Assembly: GCA_964016885.1 (NCBI GenBank)
Contig: OZ024742.1
Location: forward strand, 168,082,001-168,146,000
Origin: Eledone cirrhosa
Lineage: Eukaryota
DNA: 64,000 nucleotides
Direction: 5' to 3'
The position numbers and the translations under genes are program-made. Numbering within the stretch: the first letter of the stretch is position 1; each line of letters opens with the position of its first letter. The notes beneath the pieces were generated by a model. The model had not been told where the DNA came from. It worked only from the letters and a program-made list of their open reading frames with translations, and searched no databases. Of the stretch, positions 26,468 to 40,100 are shown one piece after another.

Positions 26468-29400
26468 CTCAATCAAAAACCCATAAAAGAAACATTAAAA
26501 CAGCATTTAAAAAACCCATTAAAAATTCATTAAAAAAAATCCATTTAAAAAATCCATTAAAAAATCCATTAAAAATCCATTAAAAATCCATTAAAAATCC
26601 ATTAAAAAACCATTAAAAATCCATTAAAAAATCCATTTAAAAAAATCCATTAAAAAAATCCATTAAAAAAATCCATTTAAAAAATCCATTAAAAAAAATC
26701 CATTAAAAAAAATCCATTAAAAAAAATCAATTAAAAAAAATCAATTTAAAAAAATCCATTAAAAATCCATTAAAAAAATCCATTTAAAAAAATCCATTAA
26801 AAACCCATTAAAAATCCATTAAAAATCCATTAAAAATCCATTTAAAAAACCCATTAAAAAAATCCATTAAAAAAAACCCATTAAAAAAAAATCCATTAAA
26901 AAAATCCATTTAAAAAATCCATTAAAAAAAATCCATTAAAAAAAAATCCATTAAAAAATCCATTAAAAACCCATTAAAAATCCATTAAAAATCCATTAAA
27001 AATCCATTAAAAAATCCAATAAAAAAAAATTCAATCAAAAATCCATAAAAGAAACATTAAAACAGCATTTAAAAAACCCATTAAAAATTCATTAAAAAAA
27101 TCCATTTAAAAAATCCATTAAAAATCCATTAAAAATCCATTAAAAATCCATTAAAAATCCATTAAAAATCCATTAAAAATCCATTTAAAAAAATCCATTA
27201 AAAAAATCCATTAAAAAATCCATTTAAAAAATCCATCAAAAAAAATCCATTAAAAAAAACTCAATCAAAAACCCATAAAAGAAACATTAAAACAGCATTT
27301 AAAAAATCCATTTAAAAAAATCCATTAAAAATCCATTAAAAATCCATTAAAAATCCATTAAAAACCCATTAAAAATCCATTAAAAATCCATTAAAAAATC
27401 CATTTAAAAAAACCGATTAAAAAAAATCCATTAAAAAAAACCATTTAAAAAATCCATTTAAAAAAATCCATTAAAAAAAACCCATTAAAAAAAATCCATT
27501 AAAAAAATCCATTTAAAAAATCCATTAAAAAAAAAATCCATTAAAAAAAATCCATAAAAAAATCCATTAAAAAAATCCATTAAAAAAAATCCATTAAAAA
27601 AAATCCATTAAAAATCCATTAAAAAAATCCATTAAAAAAAATCCATTAAAAAAATCCATTAAAAACCCATTAAATATCCATTAAAAATCCATTTAAAAAA
27701 CCCATTAAAAAAATCCATTAAAAAAATCCATTTAAAAATCCATTAAAAAAAATCCATTTAAAAAAACCCATTAAATAAAATCCATTAAAAAAATCCATTT
27801 AAAAAATCCATAAAAAAAAATCCATAAAAAAAATAAATTAAAAAAAATCCATTAAAAAAAAATCCGTTAAAAAAAATCCATTAAAAATCCATTAAAAATC
27901 CATTAAAAATCCATTAAAAATCCATTAAAAATCCATTTAAAAAAATCCATTAAAAAAATCCATTAAATAAATCCATTTAAAAAATCCATTAAAAAAATCC
28001 ATTAAAAAAAAATCCATTAAAAAAAATCCATTAAAAAAAATCAATTTAAAAAAATCCATTAAAAATCCATTAAAAAAATCCATTTAAAAAAATCCATTAA
28101 AAACCCATTAAAAATCCATTAAAAATCCATTAAAAAATCCATTTAAAAAACCCATTAAAAAAATCCATTAAAAAAATCCATTTAAAAAATCCATTAAAAA
28201 AAAATCCATTAAAAAAACCCATTAAAAAAAATCCATTAAAAAAATCCATTTAAAAAATCCATTAAAAAAAATCCATTAAAAAAAACTCAATCAAAAACCC
28301 ATAAAAGAAACATTAAAACAGCATTTAAAAAACCCATTAAAAATTCATTAAAAAAAATCCATTTAAAAAATCCATTAAAAAATCCATTAAAAATCCATTA
28401 AAAATCCATTAAAAATCCATTAAAAATCCATTAAAAAATCCATTTAAAAAAATCCATTAAAAAAATTCATTAAAAAAATCCATTTAAAAAATCCATTAAA
28501 AAAATCCATTAAAAAAACTCAATCAAAAACCCATAAAAGAAACATTAAAACAGCATTTAAAAAATCCATTAAAAAAATCCATTTAAAAAAATCCATTAAA
28601 AAATCCATTAAAAAATCAAATTAAAAAATCCATTAAAAAAATCCATTAAAAAATCCATTTAAAAAATCCATTTAAAAAAATCCATTAAAAAAAATCCATT
28701 AAAAAAAATCCATTAAAAAAAATCCATTAAAAAAAAAATCCGTTAAAAAAAATCCATTAAAAACTCAATCAAAAACCCAATTAAAAGGCCATAAAAGAAA
28801 CATTAAAACAGCATTTAAAATACCATTAAAAACGCCATAAAAAATCATTAAAATTGTTTTTTATGAAATTTATAATATGGCTTTTAATGAACTTTTTAAT
28901 GGGCTTTTAGAATCATTAAAATCCCATTAAAAATACATTAAAGGCCCATTAAAAACGCCATAAAAAATCCATGAAAAAAAATCCATTAAAAAAAAATTCA
29001 ATCAAAAACCCATAAAAGAAACATTAAAACAGCATTTAAAAAACCCATTAAAAATTCATTAAAAAAATCCATTTAAAAAATCCATTAAAAATCCATTAAA
29101 AATCCATTAAAAATCCATTAAAAATACATTAAAAATCCATTAAAAAAAAATCCATTAAAAAATCCATTTAAAAAAATCCATTAAAAAAAACTCAATCAAA
29201 AACCCATAAAAGAAACATTAAAACAGCATTTAAAAAATCCATTAAAAAAAATCCATTTAAAAAAATCCATTAAAAAAGCCATTAAAAATCCATTAAAAAC
29301 CCATTAAAAATCCATTAAAAATCCATTAAAAATCCATTAAAAATCCATTAAAAATCCATTAAAAAATCCATCTAAAAAAATCCATTAAAAAAATCCATTA

Positions 29401-32400
29401 AAAAAATTCATTTAAAAAATCCATTAAAAAAATCCATTTAAAAAATCCATTAATAAAAATCCATTAAAAAAATCCATAAAAAAAATCCATTAAAAAAAAT
29501 CCATTAAAAAAATCCGTTAAAAAAAATCCATTAAAAATCCATTGAAAATCCATTAAAAATCCATTAAAAATCCATTAAAAATCTATTAAAAATCCATTAA
29601 AAATCCATTAAAAAATCCATTTAAAAAAATCCATTAAAAAAATCCATTAAAAAATCCATTTAAAAAATCCATTAAAAAAAATCCATTAGAAAAAAATCCA
29701 TTAAAAAAAAAATCCATTAAAAAAAATCAATTTAAAAAAATCCATTAAAAATCCATTAAAAAAATCCATTAAAAAAAATCCATTAAAAACCCATTAAAAA
29801 TCCATTAAAAATCCATTAAAAATCCATTAAAAAATCCATTTAAAAAACCCATTAAAAAATCCATTAAAAAAATCCATTTAAAAAATCCATTAAAAAAAAT
29901 CCATTAAAAAAAACCCATTAAAAAAAATCCATTTAAAAAATCCATTTAAAAAATCCATTAAAAAAAATCCATTAAAAAAAATCCATAAAAAAATGCATTA
30001 AAAAAATCCATTAAAAAAATCCATTAAAAAAAATCCATTAAAAATCCATTAAAAAAATACATTTAAAAAAATCCATTAAAAAAAATCCGTTAAAAAAAAT
30101 CCATTAAAAACTCAATCAAAAACCCAATTAAAAGGCCATAAAAGAAACATTAAAACAGCATTTAAAATACCATTAAAAACGCCATAAAAAATCATTAAAA
30201 TCCCATTAAAAATACATTAAAGGCCCATTAAAAACGCCATAAAAAATCCATTAAAAAAAATCCATTAAAAAAAATCCATTAAAAAAAAATCCGTTAAAAA
30301 AAATCCATTAAAAACTCAATCAAAAACCCAATTAAAAGGCCATAAAAGAAACATTAAAACAGCATTTAAAATACCATTAAAAACGCCATAAAAAATCATT
30401 AAAATCCCATTAAAAATACATTAAAGGCCCATTAAAAACGCCATAAAAAATCCATTAAAAAAAACTCAATCAAAAACCCATAAAAGAAACATTAAAACAG
30501 CATTTAAAAAACCCATTAAAAATTCATTAAAAAAATCCATTTAAAAAATCCATTAAAAATCCATTAAAAATCCATTAAAAATCCATTAAAAATCCATTAA
30601 AAATCCATTAAAAATTCATTAAAAAATCCATTTAAAAAAATCCATTAAAAAAATCGATTAAAAAATCCATTTAAAAAATCCATTAAAAAAAATCCATTAA
30701 AAAAAATCCATAAAAAAATCCATTAAAAAAATCCATTAAAAAATCCATTAAAAAAAAATCCATTAAAAATCCATTAAAAAAATCCATTTAAAAAATCCAT
30801 TTAAAAATCCATTAAAAATCCATTAAAAATCCATTAAAAATCCATTAAAAAATCCATTAAAAAAACCCATTTAAAAAATCCAAAAAAATCCATTTAAAAA
30901 ATCCATTAAAAAAAATCCATTTAAAAAAACCCATTAAAAAAAATCCATTAAAAAAATCCATTTAAAAAATCCATTAAAAAAATCCATTAAAAAAAATCCA
31001 TTAAAAAAATCCATTAAAAAAAATCCATTAAAAAAAAATCCGTTAAAAAAAATCCATTAAAAACTCAATCAAAAACCCAATTAAAAGGCCATAAAAGAAA
31101 CATTAAAACAGCATTTAAAATACCATTAAAAACGCCATAAATAATCATTAAAATCCCATTAAAAATACATTAAAGGCCCATTAAAAACGCCATAAAAAAT
31201 CCATTAAAAAAAATCCATTAAAAAAAATCCATTAAAAAAAAATCCGTTAAAAAAAATCCATTAAAAACTCAATCAAAAACCCAATTAAAAGGCCATAAAA
31301 GAAACATTAAAACTGCATTTAAAATACCATTAAAAACGCCATAAAAAATCATTAAAATTGTTTTTTATGAAATTTATAATATGGCTTTTAATGAACTTTT
31401 TAATGGGCTTTTAGAATCATTAAAATCCCATTAAAAATACATTAAAGGCCCATTAAAAACGCCATAAAAAATCCATTAAAAAAAATCCATTAAAAAAAAA
31501 TTCAATCAAAAACCCATAAAAGAAACATTAAAACAGCATTTAAAAAACCCATTAAAAATTCATTAAAAAAATCCATTTAAAAAATCCATTAAAAATCCAT
31601 TAAAAATCCATTAAAAATCCATTAAAAATCCATTAAAAATACATTAAAAATCCATTAAAAAAAAATCCATTAAAAAAACCCATTAAAAAAAATCCATTAA
31701 AAAAATCCATTAAAAAAACTCAATCAAAAACCCATAAAAGAAACATTAAAACAGCATTTAAAAAACCCATTAAAAATTCATTAAAAAAAATCCATTTAAA
31801 AAATCCATTAAAAAATCCATTAAAAATCCATTAAAAATCCATTAAAAATCCATTAAAAAACCATTAAAAATCCATTAAAAAATCCATTTAAAAAAATCCA
31901 TTAAAAAAATCCATTAAAAAAATCCATTTAAAAAATCCATTAAAAAAAATCCATTAAAAAAAATCCATTAAAAAAAATCAATTAAAAAAAATCAATTTAA
32001 AAAAATCCATTAAAAATCCATTAAAAAAATCCATTTAAAAAAATCCATTAAAAACCCATTAAAAATCCATTAAAAATCCATTAAAAATCCATTTAAAAAA
32101 CCCATTAAAAAAATCCATTAAAAAAAACCCATTAAAAAAAAATCCATTAAAAAAATCCATTTAAAAAATCCATTAAAAAAAATCCATTAAAAAAAAATCC
32201 ATTAAAAAATCCATTAAAAACCCATTAAAAATCCATTAAAAATCCATTAAAAATCCATTAAAAAATCCAATAAAAAAAAATTCAATCAAAAATCCATAAA
32301 AGAAACATTAAAACAGCATTTAAAAAACCCATTAAAAATTCATTAAAAAAATCCATTTAAAAAATCCATTAAAAATCCATTAAAAATCCATTAAAAATCC

Positions 32401-35400
32401 ATTAAAAATCCATTAAAAATCCATTAAAAATCCATTTAAAAAAATCCATTAAAAAAATCCATTAAAAAATCCATTTAAAAAATCCATCAAAAAAAATCCA
32501 TTAAAAAAAACTCAATCAAAAACCCATAAAAGAAACATTAAAACAGCATTTAAAAAATCCATTTAAAAAAATCCATTAAAAATCCATTAAAAATCCATTA
32601 AAAATCCATTAAAAACCCATTAAAAATCCATTAAAAATCCATTAAAAAATCCATTTAAAAAAACCGATTAAAAAAAATCCATTAAAAAAAACCATTTAAA
32701 AAATCCATTTAAAAAAATCCATTAAAAAAAACCCATTAAAAAAAATCCATTAAAAAAATCCATTTAAAAAATCCATTAAAAAAAAAATCCATTAAAAAAA
32801 ATCCATAAAAAAATCCATTAAAAAAATCCATTAAAAAAAATCCATTAAAAAAAATCCATTAAAAATCCATTAAAAAAATCCATTAAAAAAAATCCATTAA
32901 AAAAATCCATTAAAAACCCATTAAATATCCATTAAAAATCCATTTAAAAAACCCATTAAAAAAATCCATTAAAAAAATCCATTTAAAAATCCATTAAAAA
33001 AAATCCATTTAAAAAAACCCATTAAATAAAATCCATTAAAAAAATCCATTTAAAAAATCCATAAAAAAAAATCCATAAAAAAAATAAATTAAAAAAAATC
33101 CATTAAAAAAAAATCCGTTAAAAAAAATCCATTAAAAATCCATTAAAAATCCATTAAAAATCCATTAAAAATCCATTAAAAATCCATTTAAAAAAATCCA
33201 TTAAAAAAATCCATTAAATAAATCCATTTAAAAAATCCATTAAAAAAATCCATTAAAAAAAAATCCATTAAAAAAAATCCATTAAAAAAAATCAATTTAA
33301 AAAAATCCATTAAAAATCCATTAAAAAAATCCATTTAAAAAAATCCATTAAAAACCCATTAAAAATCCATTAAAAATCCATTAAAAAATCCATTTAAAAA
33401 ACCCATTAAAAAAATCCATTAAAAAAATCCATTTAAAAAATCCATTAAAAAAAAATCCATTAAAAAAACCCATTAAAAAAAATCCATTAAAAAAATCCAT
33501 TTAAAAAATCCATTAAAAAAAATCCATTAAAAAAAACTCAATCAAAAACCCATAAAAGAAACATTAAAACAGCATTTAAAAAACCCATTAAAAATTCATT
33601 AAAAAAAATCCATTTAAAAAATCCATTAAAAAATCCATTAAAAATCCATTAAAAATCCATTAAAAATCCATTAAAAATCCATTAAAAAATCCATTTAAAA
33701 AAATCCATTAAAAAAATTCATTAAAAAAATCCATTTAAAAAATCCATTAAAAAAATCCATTAAAAAAACTCAATCAAAAACCCATAAAAGAAACATTAAA
33801 ACAGCATTTAAAAAATCCATTAAAAAAATCCATTTAAAAAAATCCATTAAAAAATCCATTAAAAAATCAAATTAAAAAATCCATTAAAAAAATCCATTAA
33901 AAAATCCATTTAAAAAATCCATTTAAAAAAATCCATTAAAAAAAATCCATTAAAAAAAATCCATTAAAAAAAATCCATTAAAAAAAAAATCCGTTAAAAA
34001 AAATCCATTAAAAACTCAATCAAAAACCCAATTAAAAGGCCATAAAAGAAACATTAAAACAGCATTTAAAATACCATTAAAAACGCCATAAAAAATCATT
34101 AAAATTGTTTTTTATGAAATTTATAATATGGCTTTTAATGAACTTTTTAATGGGCTTTTAGAATCATTAAAATCCCATTAAAAATACATTAAAGGCCCAT
34201 TAAAAACGCCATAAAAAATCCATGAAAAAAAATCCATTAAAAAAAAATTCAATCAAAAACCCATAAAAGAAACATTAAAACAGCATTTAAAAAACCCATT
34301 AAAAATTCATTAAAAAAATCCATTTAAAAAATCCATTAAAAATCCATTAAAAATCCATTAAAAATCCATTAAAAATACATTAAAAATCCATTAAAAAAAA
34401 ATCCATTAAAAAATCCATTTAAAAAAATCCATTAAAAAAAACTCAATCAAAAACCCATAAAAGAAACATTAAAACAGCATTTAAAAAATCCATTAAAAAA
34501 AATCCATTTAAAAAAATCCATTAAAAAAGCCATTAAAAATCCATTAAAAACCCATTAAAAATCCATTAAAAATCCATTAAAAATCCATTAAAAATCCATT
34601 AAAAATCCATTAAAAAATCCATCTAAAAAAATCCATTAAAAAAATCCATTAAAAAAATTCATTTAAAAAATCCATTAAAAAAATCCATTTAAAAAATCCA
34701 TTAATAAAAATCCATTAAAAAAATCCATAAAAAAAATCCATTAAAAAAAATCCATTAAAAAAATCCGTTAAAAAAAATCCATTAAAAATCCATTGAAAAT
34801 CCATTAAAAATCCATTAAAAATCCATTAAAAATCTATTAAAAATCCATTAAAAATCCATTAAAAAATCCATTTAAAAAAATCCATTAAAAAAATCCATTA
34901 AAAAATCCATTTAAAAAATCCATTAAAAAAAATCCATTAGAAAAAAATCCATTAAAAAAAAAATCCATTAAAAAAAATCAATTTAAAAAAATCCATTAAA
35001 AATCCATTAAAAAAATCCATTAAAAAAAATCCATTAAAAACCCATTAAAAATCCATTAAAAATCCATTAAAAATCCATTAAAAAATCCATTTAAAAAACC
35101 CATTAAAAAATCCATTAAAAAAATCCATTTAAAAAATCCATTAAAAAAAATCCATTAAAAAAAACCCATTAAAAAAAATCCATTTAAAAAATCCATTTAA
35201 AAAATCCATTAAAAAAAATCCATTAAAAAAAATCCATAAAAAAATGCATTAAAAAAATCCATTAAAAAAATCCATTAAAAAAAATCCATTAAAAATCCAT
35301 TAAAAAAATACATTTAAAAAAATCCATTAAAAAAAATCCGTTAAAAAAAATCCATTAAAAACTCAATCAAAAACCCAATTAAAAGGCCATAAAAGAAACA

Positions 35401-36969
35401 TTAAAACAGCATTTAAAATACCATTAAAAACGCCATAAAAAATCATTAAAATCCCATTAAAAATACATTAAAGGCCCATTAAAAACGCCATAAAAAATCC
35501 ATTAAAAAAAATCCATTAAAAAAAATCCATTAAAAAAAAATCCGTTAAAAAAAATCCATTAAAAACTCAATCAAAAACCCAATTAAAAGGCCATAAAAGA
35601 AACATTAAAACAGCATTTAAAATACCATTAAAAACGCCATAAAAAATCATTAAAATCCCATTAAAAATACATTAAAGGCCCATTAAAAACGCCATAAAAA
35701 ATCCATTAAAAAAAACTCAATCAAAAACCCATAAAAGAAACATTAAAACAGCATTTAAAAAACCCATTAAAAATTCATTAAAAAAATCCATTTAAAAAAT
35801 CCATTAAAAATCCATTAAAAATCCATTAAAAATCCATTAAAAATCCATTAAAAATCCATTAAAAATTCATTAAAAAATCCATTTAAAAAAATCCATTAAA
35901 AAAATCGATTAAAAAATCCATTTAAAAAATCCATTAAAAAAAATCCATTAAAAAAAATCCATAAAAAAATCCATTAAAAAAATCCATTAAAAAATCCATT
36001 AAAAAAAAATCCATTAAAAATCCATTAAAAAAATCCATTTAAAAAATCCATTTAAAAATCCATTAAAAATCCATTAAAAATCCATTAAAAATCCATTAAA
36101 AAATCCATTAAAAAAACCCATTTAAAAAATCCAAAAAAATCCATTTAAAAAATCCATTAAAAAAAATCCATTTAAAAAAACCCATTAAAAAAAATCCATT
36201 AAAAAAATCCATTTAAAAAATCCATTAAAAAAATCCATTAAAAAAAATCCATTAAAAAAATCCATTAAAAAAAATCCATTAAAAAAAAATCCGTTAAAAA
36301 AAATCCATTAAAAACTCAATCAAAAACCCAATTAAAAGGCCATAAAAGAAACATTAAAACAGCATTTAAAATACCATTAAAAACGCCATAAATAATCATT
36401 AAAATCCCATTAAAAATACATTAAAGGCCCATTAAAAACGCCATAAAAAATCCATTAAAAAAAATCCATTAAAAAAAATCCATTAAAAAAAAATCCGTTA
36501 AAAAAAATCCATTAAAAACTCAATCAAAAACCCAATTAAAAGGCCATAAAAGAAACATTAAAACTGCATTTAAAATACCATTAAAAACGCCATAAAAAAT
36601 CATTAAAATTGTTTTTTATGAAATTTATAATATGGCTTTTAATGAACTTTTTAATGGGCTTTTAGAATCATTAAAATCCCATTAAAAATACATTAAAGGC
36701 CCATTAAAAACGCCATAAAAAATCCATTAAAAAAAATCCATTAAAAAAAAATTCAATCAAAAACCCATAAAAGAAACATTAAAACAGCATTTAAAAAACC
36801 CATTAAAAATTCATTAAAAAAATCCATTTAAAAAATCCATTAAAAATCCATTAAAAATCCATTAAAAATCCATTAAAAATCCATTAAAAATACATTAAAA
36901 ATCCATTAAAAAAAAATCCATTAAAAAAACCCATTAAAAAAAATCCATTAAAAAAATCCATTAAAAAAA
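26468..36969 (+). repeat. Tandem duplication with period 5251 bp (26468-31718 and 31719-36969), apparently identical copies
   Basis: Offset 5251 for inserts 28855/34106 and 31359/36610, for TCAAATT 28616/33867, and for cassette A at 26470/31721/36972. The private variant AAAACTGCATTT is in both copies (about 31310 and 36561). Confidence 0.92.
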
Positions 36970-37159
36970 CTCAATCAAAAACCCATAAAAGAAACATTAA
37001 AACAACATTTAAAAAATCCATTAAAAAAAAATCCATTAAAAAAAATCCATTAAAAAAGCCATTAAAAATCCATTAAATATCCATTAAAAATCCATTAAAA
37101 ATCAATTAAAAATCCATTAAAAATCCATTAAAAATCCATTAAAAAATCCCTTAAAAAAA

Positions 37160-40100
37160 TCCATTAAAAAAATCCATTAAAAAAATCCATTTAAAAAATC
37201 CATTAAAAAAATCCATTTAAAAAATCCATTAAAAAAAATCCATTAAAAAAATCCATTAAAAAAAGCCATTAAAAAAAATCCATTAAAAAAAAATCCGTTA
37301 AAAAAAATTCATTAAAAATCCATTAAAAATCCATTAAAAATCCATTAAAAATCCATTAAAAATCCATTAAAAATCCATTAAAAATTCATTAAAAATCCAT
37401 TAAAAAATCCATTTAAAAAAATCCATTAAAAAAAATCAATTTAAAAAAATCCATTAAAAATCCATTAAAAAAAATCCATTTAAAAAAACCCATTTAAAAA
37501 AATCCATTAAAAAAATCCATTTAAAAAATCCATTAAAAAAAATCCATTAAAAAAAATCCATAAAAAAAATCCATTAAAAAAAATCCATTAAAAAAAAATC
37601 CGTTAAAAAGAATCCATTAAAAACTCAATCAAAAACCCAATTAAAAGGCCATAAAAGAAACATTAAAACAGCATTTAAAATACCATTAAAAACGCCATAA
37701 AAAATCATTAAAATTGTTTTTTATGAAATTTATAATATGGCTTTTAATGAACTTTTTAATGGGCTTTTAGAATCATTAAAATCCCATTAAAAATACATTA
37801 AAGGCCCATTAAAAACGCCATAAAAAATCCATTAAAAAAAATCCATTAAAAAAAAATTCAATCAAAAACCCATAAAAGAAACATTAAAACAGCATTTAAA
37901 AAACCCATTAAAAATTCATTAAAAAAATCCATTTAAAAAATCCATTAAAAATCCATTAAAAATCCATTAAAAATCCATTAAAAATCCATTAAAAATCCAT
38001 TAAAAAAAAATCCATTAAAAAAATCCATTAAAAAATCCATTTAAAAAATCCATTAAAAAAATCCATTAAAAAAAACTCAATCAAAAACCCATAAAAGAAA
38101 CATTAAAACAACATTTAAAAAATCCATTAAAAAAAAATCCATTTAAAAAAATCCATTAAAAAAGCCATTAAAAATCCATTAAAAATCCATTAAAAATCCA
38201 TTAAAAATCCATTAAAAATCCATTAAAAATCCATTAAAAAATCCATTAAAAAAATCCATAAAAAAAATCCATTAAAAAAATCCATTTAAAAAATCCATTA
38301 AAAAAATCCATTTAAAAAATCCATTAAAAAAAATCCATTAAAAAAAATCCATTAAAAAAAGCCATTAAAAAAAATCCATTAAAAAAAAATCCGTTAAAAA
38401 AAATTCATTAAAAATCCATAAAAAATCCATTAAAAATCCATTAAAAATTCATTAAAAAATCCATTTAAAAAAATCCATTAAAAAAATCCATTAAAAAATC
38501 CATTTAAAAAATCCATTAAAAAAAATCCATTAAAAAAAATCCATAAAAAAATCCATTAAAAAAATCCATTAAAAAATCCATTAAAAAAAAATCCATTAAA
38601 AATCCATTAAAAAAATCCATTTAAAAAATCCATTAAAAAATCCATTAAAAATCCATTAAAAATCCATTAAAAAATCCATTAAAAAAACCCATTTAAAAAA
38701 TCCATTAAAAAAATCCATTTAAAAAATCCATTAAAAAAAATCCATTTTAAAAAACCCATTAAAAAAAATCCATTAAAAAAATCCATTTAAAAAATCCATT
38801 AAAAAAAATCCATTAAAAAAAATCCATATAAAAAATCCATTAAAAAAAATCCATTAAAAAAAAATCCGTTAAAAAAAATCCATTAAAAACTCAATCAAAA
38901 ACCCAATTAAAAGGCCATAAAAGAAACATTAAAACAGCATTTAAAATACCATTAAAAACGCCATAAAAAATCATTAAAATTGTTTTTTATGAAATTTATA
39001 ATATGGCTTTTAATGAACTTTTTAATGGGCTTTTAGAATCATTAAAATCCCATTAAAAATACATTAAAGGCCCATTAAAAACGCCATAAAAAATCCATTA
39101 AAAAAAATCCATTAAAAAAAAATTCAATCAAAAACCCATAAAAGAAACATTAAAACAGCATTTAAAAAACCCATTAAAAATTCATTAAAAAAATCCATTT
39201 AAAAAATCCATTAAAAATCCATTAAAAATCCATTAAAAATCCATTAAAAATCCATTAAAAATCCATTAAAAAAAAATCCATTAAAAAAATCCATTAAAAA
39301 AATCCATTTAAAAAATCCATTAAAAAAAATCCATTAAAAAAAATCCATTAAAAAAAAATCCATTAAAAAAAATCCATTAAAAAAAAATCCTTTAAAAAAA
39401 TCCATTAAAAACTCAATCAAAAACCCAATTAAAAGGCCATAAAAGAAACATTAAAACAGCATTTAAAATACCATTAAAAACGCCATAAAAAATCATTAAA
39501 ATTGTTTTTTATGAAATTTATAATATGGCTTTTAATGAACTTTTTAATGGGCTTTTAGAATCATTAAAATCCCATTAAAAATACATTAAAGGCCCATTAA
39601 AAACGCCATAAAAAATCCATTAAAAAAAATCCATTAAAAAAAAATTCAATCAAAAACCCATAAAAGAAACATTAAAACGGCATTTAAAAAACCCATTAAA
39701 AATTCATTAAAAAAATCCATTTAAAAAATCCATTAAAAATCCATTAAAAATCCATTAAAAATCCATTAAAAATCCATTAAAAATCCATTTAAAAAAAATC
39801 CATTAAAAAAATCCATTAAAAAATCCATTTAAAAAATCCATTAAAAAAAATCCATTAAAAAAAATCCATAAAAAAAATCCATTAAAAAAAATCCATTAAA
39901 AAAAATCCGTTAAAAAAAATCTATTAAAAATCCATTAAAAATCCATTAAAAATCCATTAAAAATCCATTAAAAATCCATTAAAAATCCATTAAAAATCCA
40001 TTAAAAAATCCATTAAAAAAAATCCATTAAAAAAATCCATTAAAAAAATCCATTTAAAAAATCCATTAAAAAAAATCCATTAAAAAAAATCCATTAAAAA

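Larger units (their letters stand above)
4690..30060 (+). repeat. Two consecutive passes of a ~13.1-13.6 kb super-unit (about 4690-16480 matches about 17780-30060)
   Basis: Collinear markers: inserts 4807/17895, 6276/19385, 6797/19907, 8917/22040, 15267/28855; CCCAGT 11094/24206; TCCAATA 11401/24834; TCAAATT 15028/28616. Confidence 0.9.
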
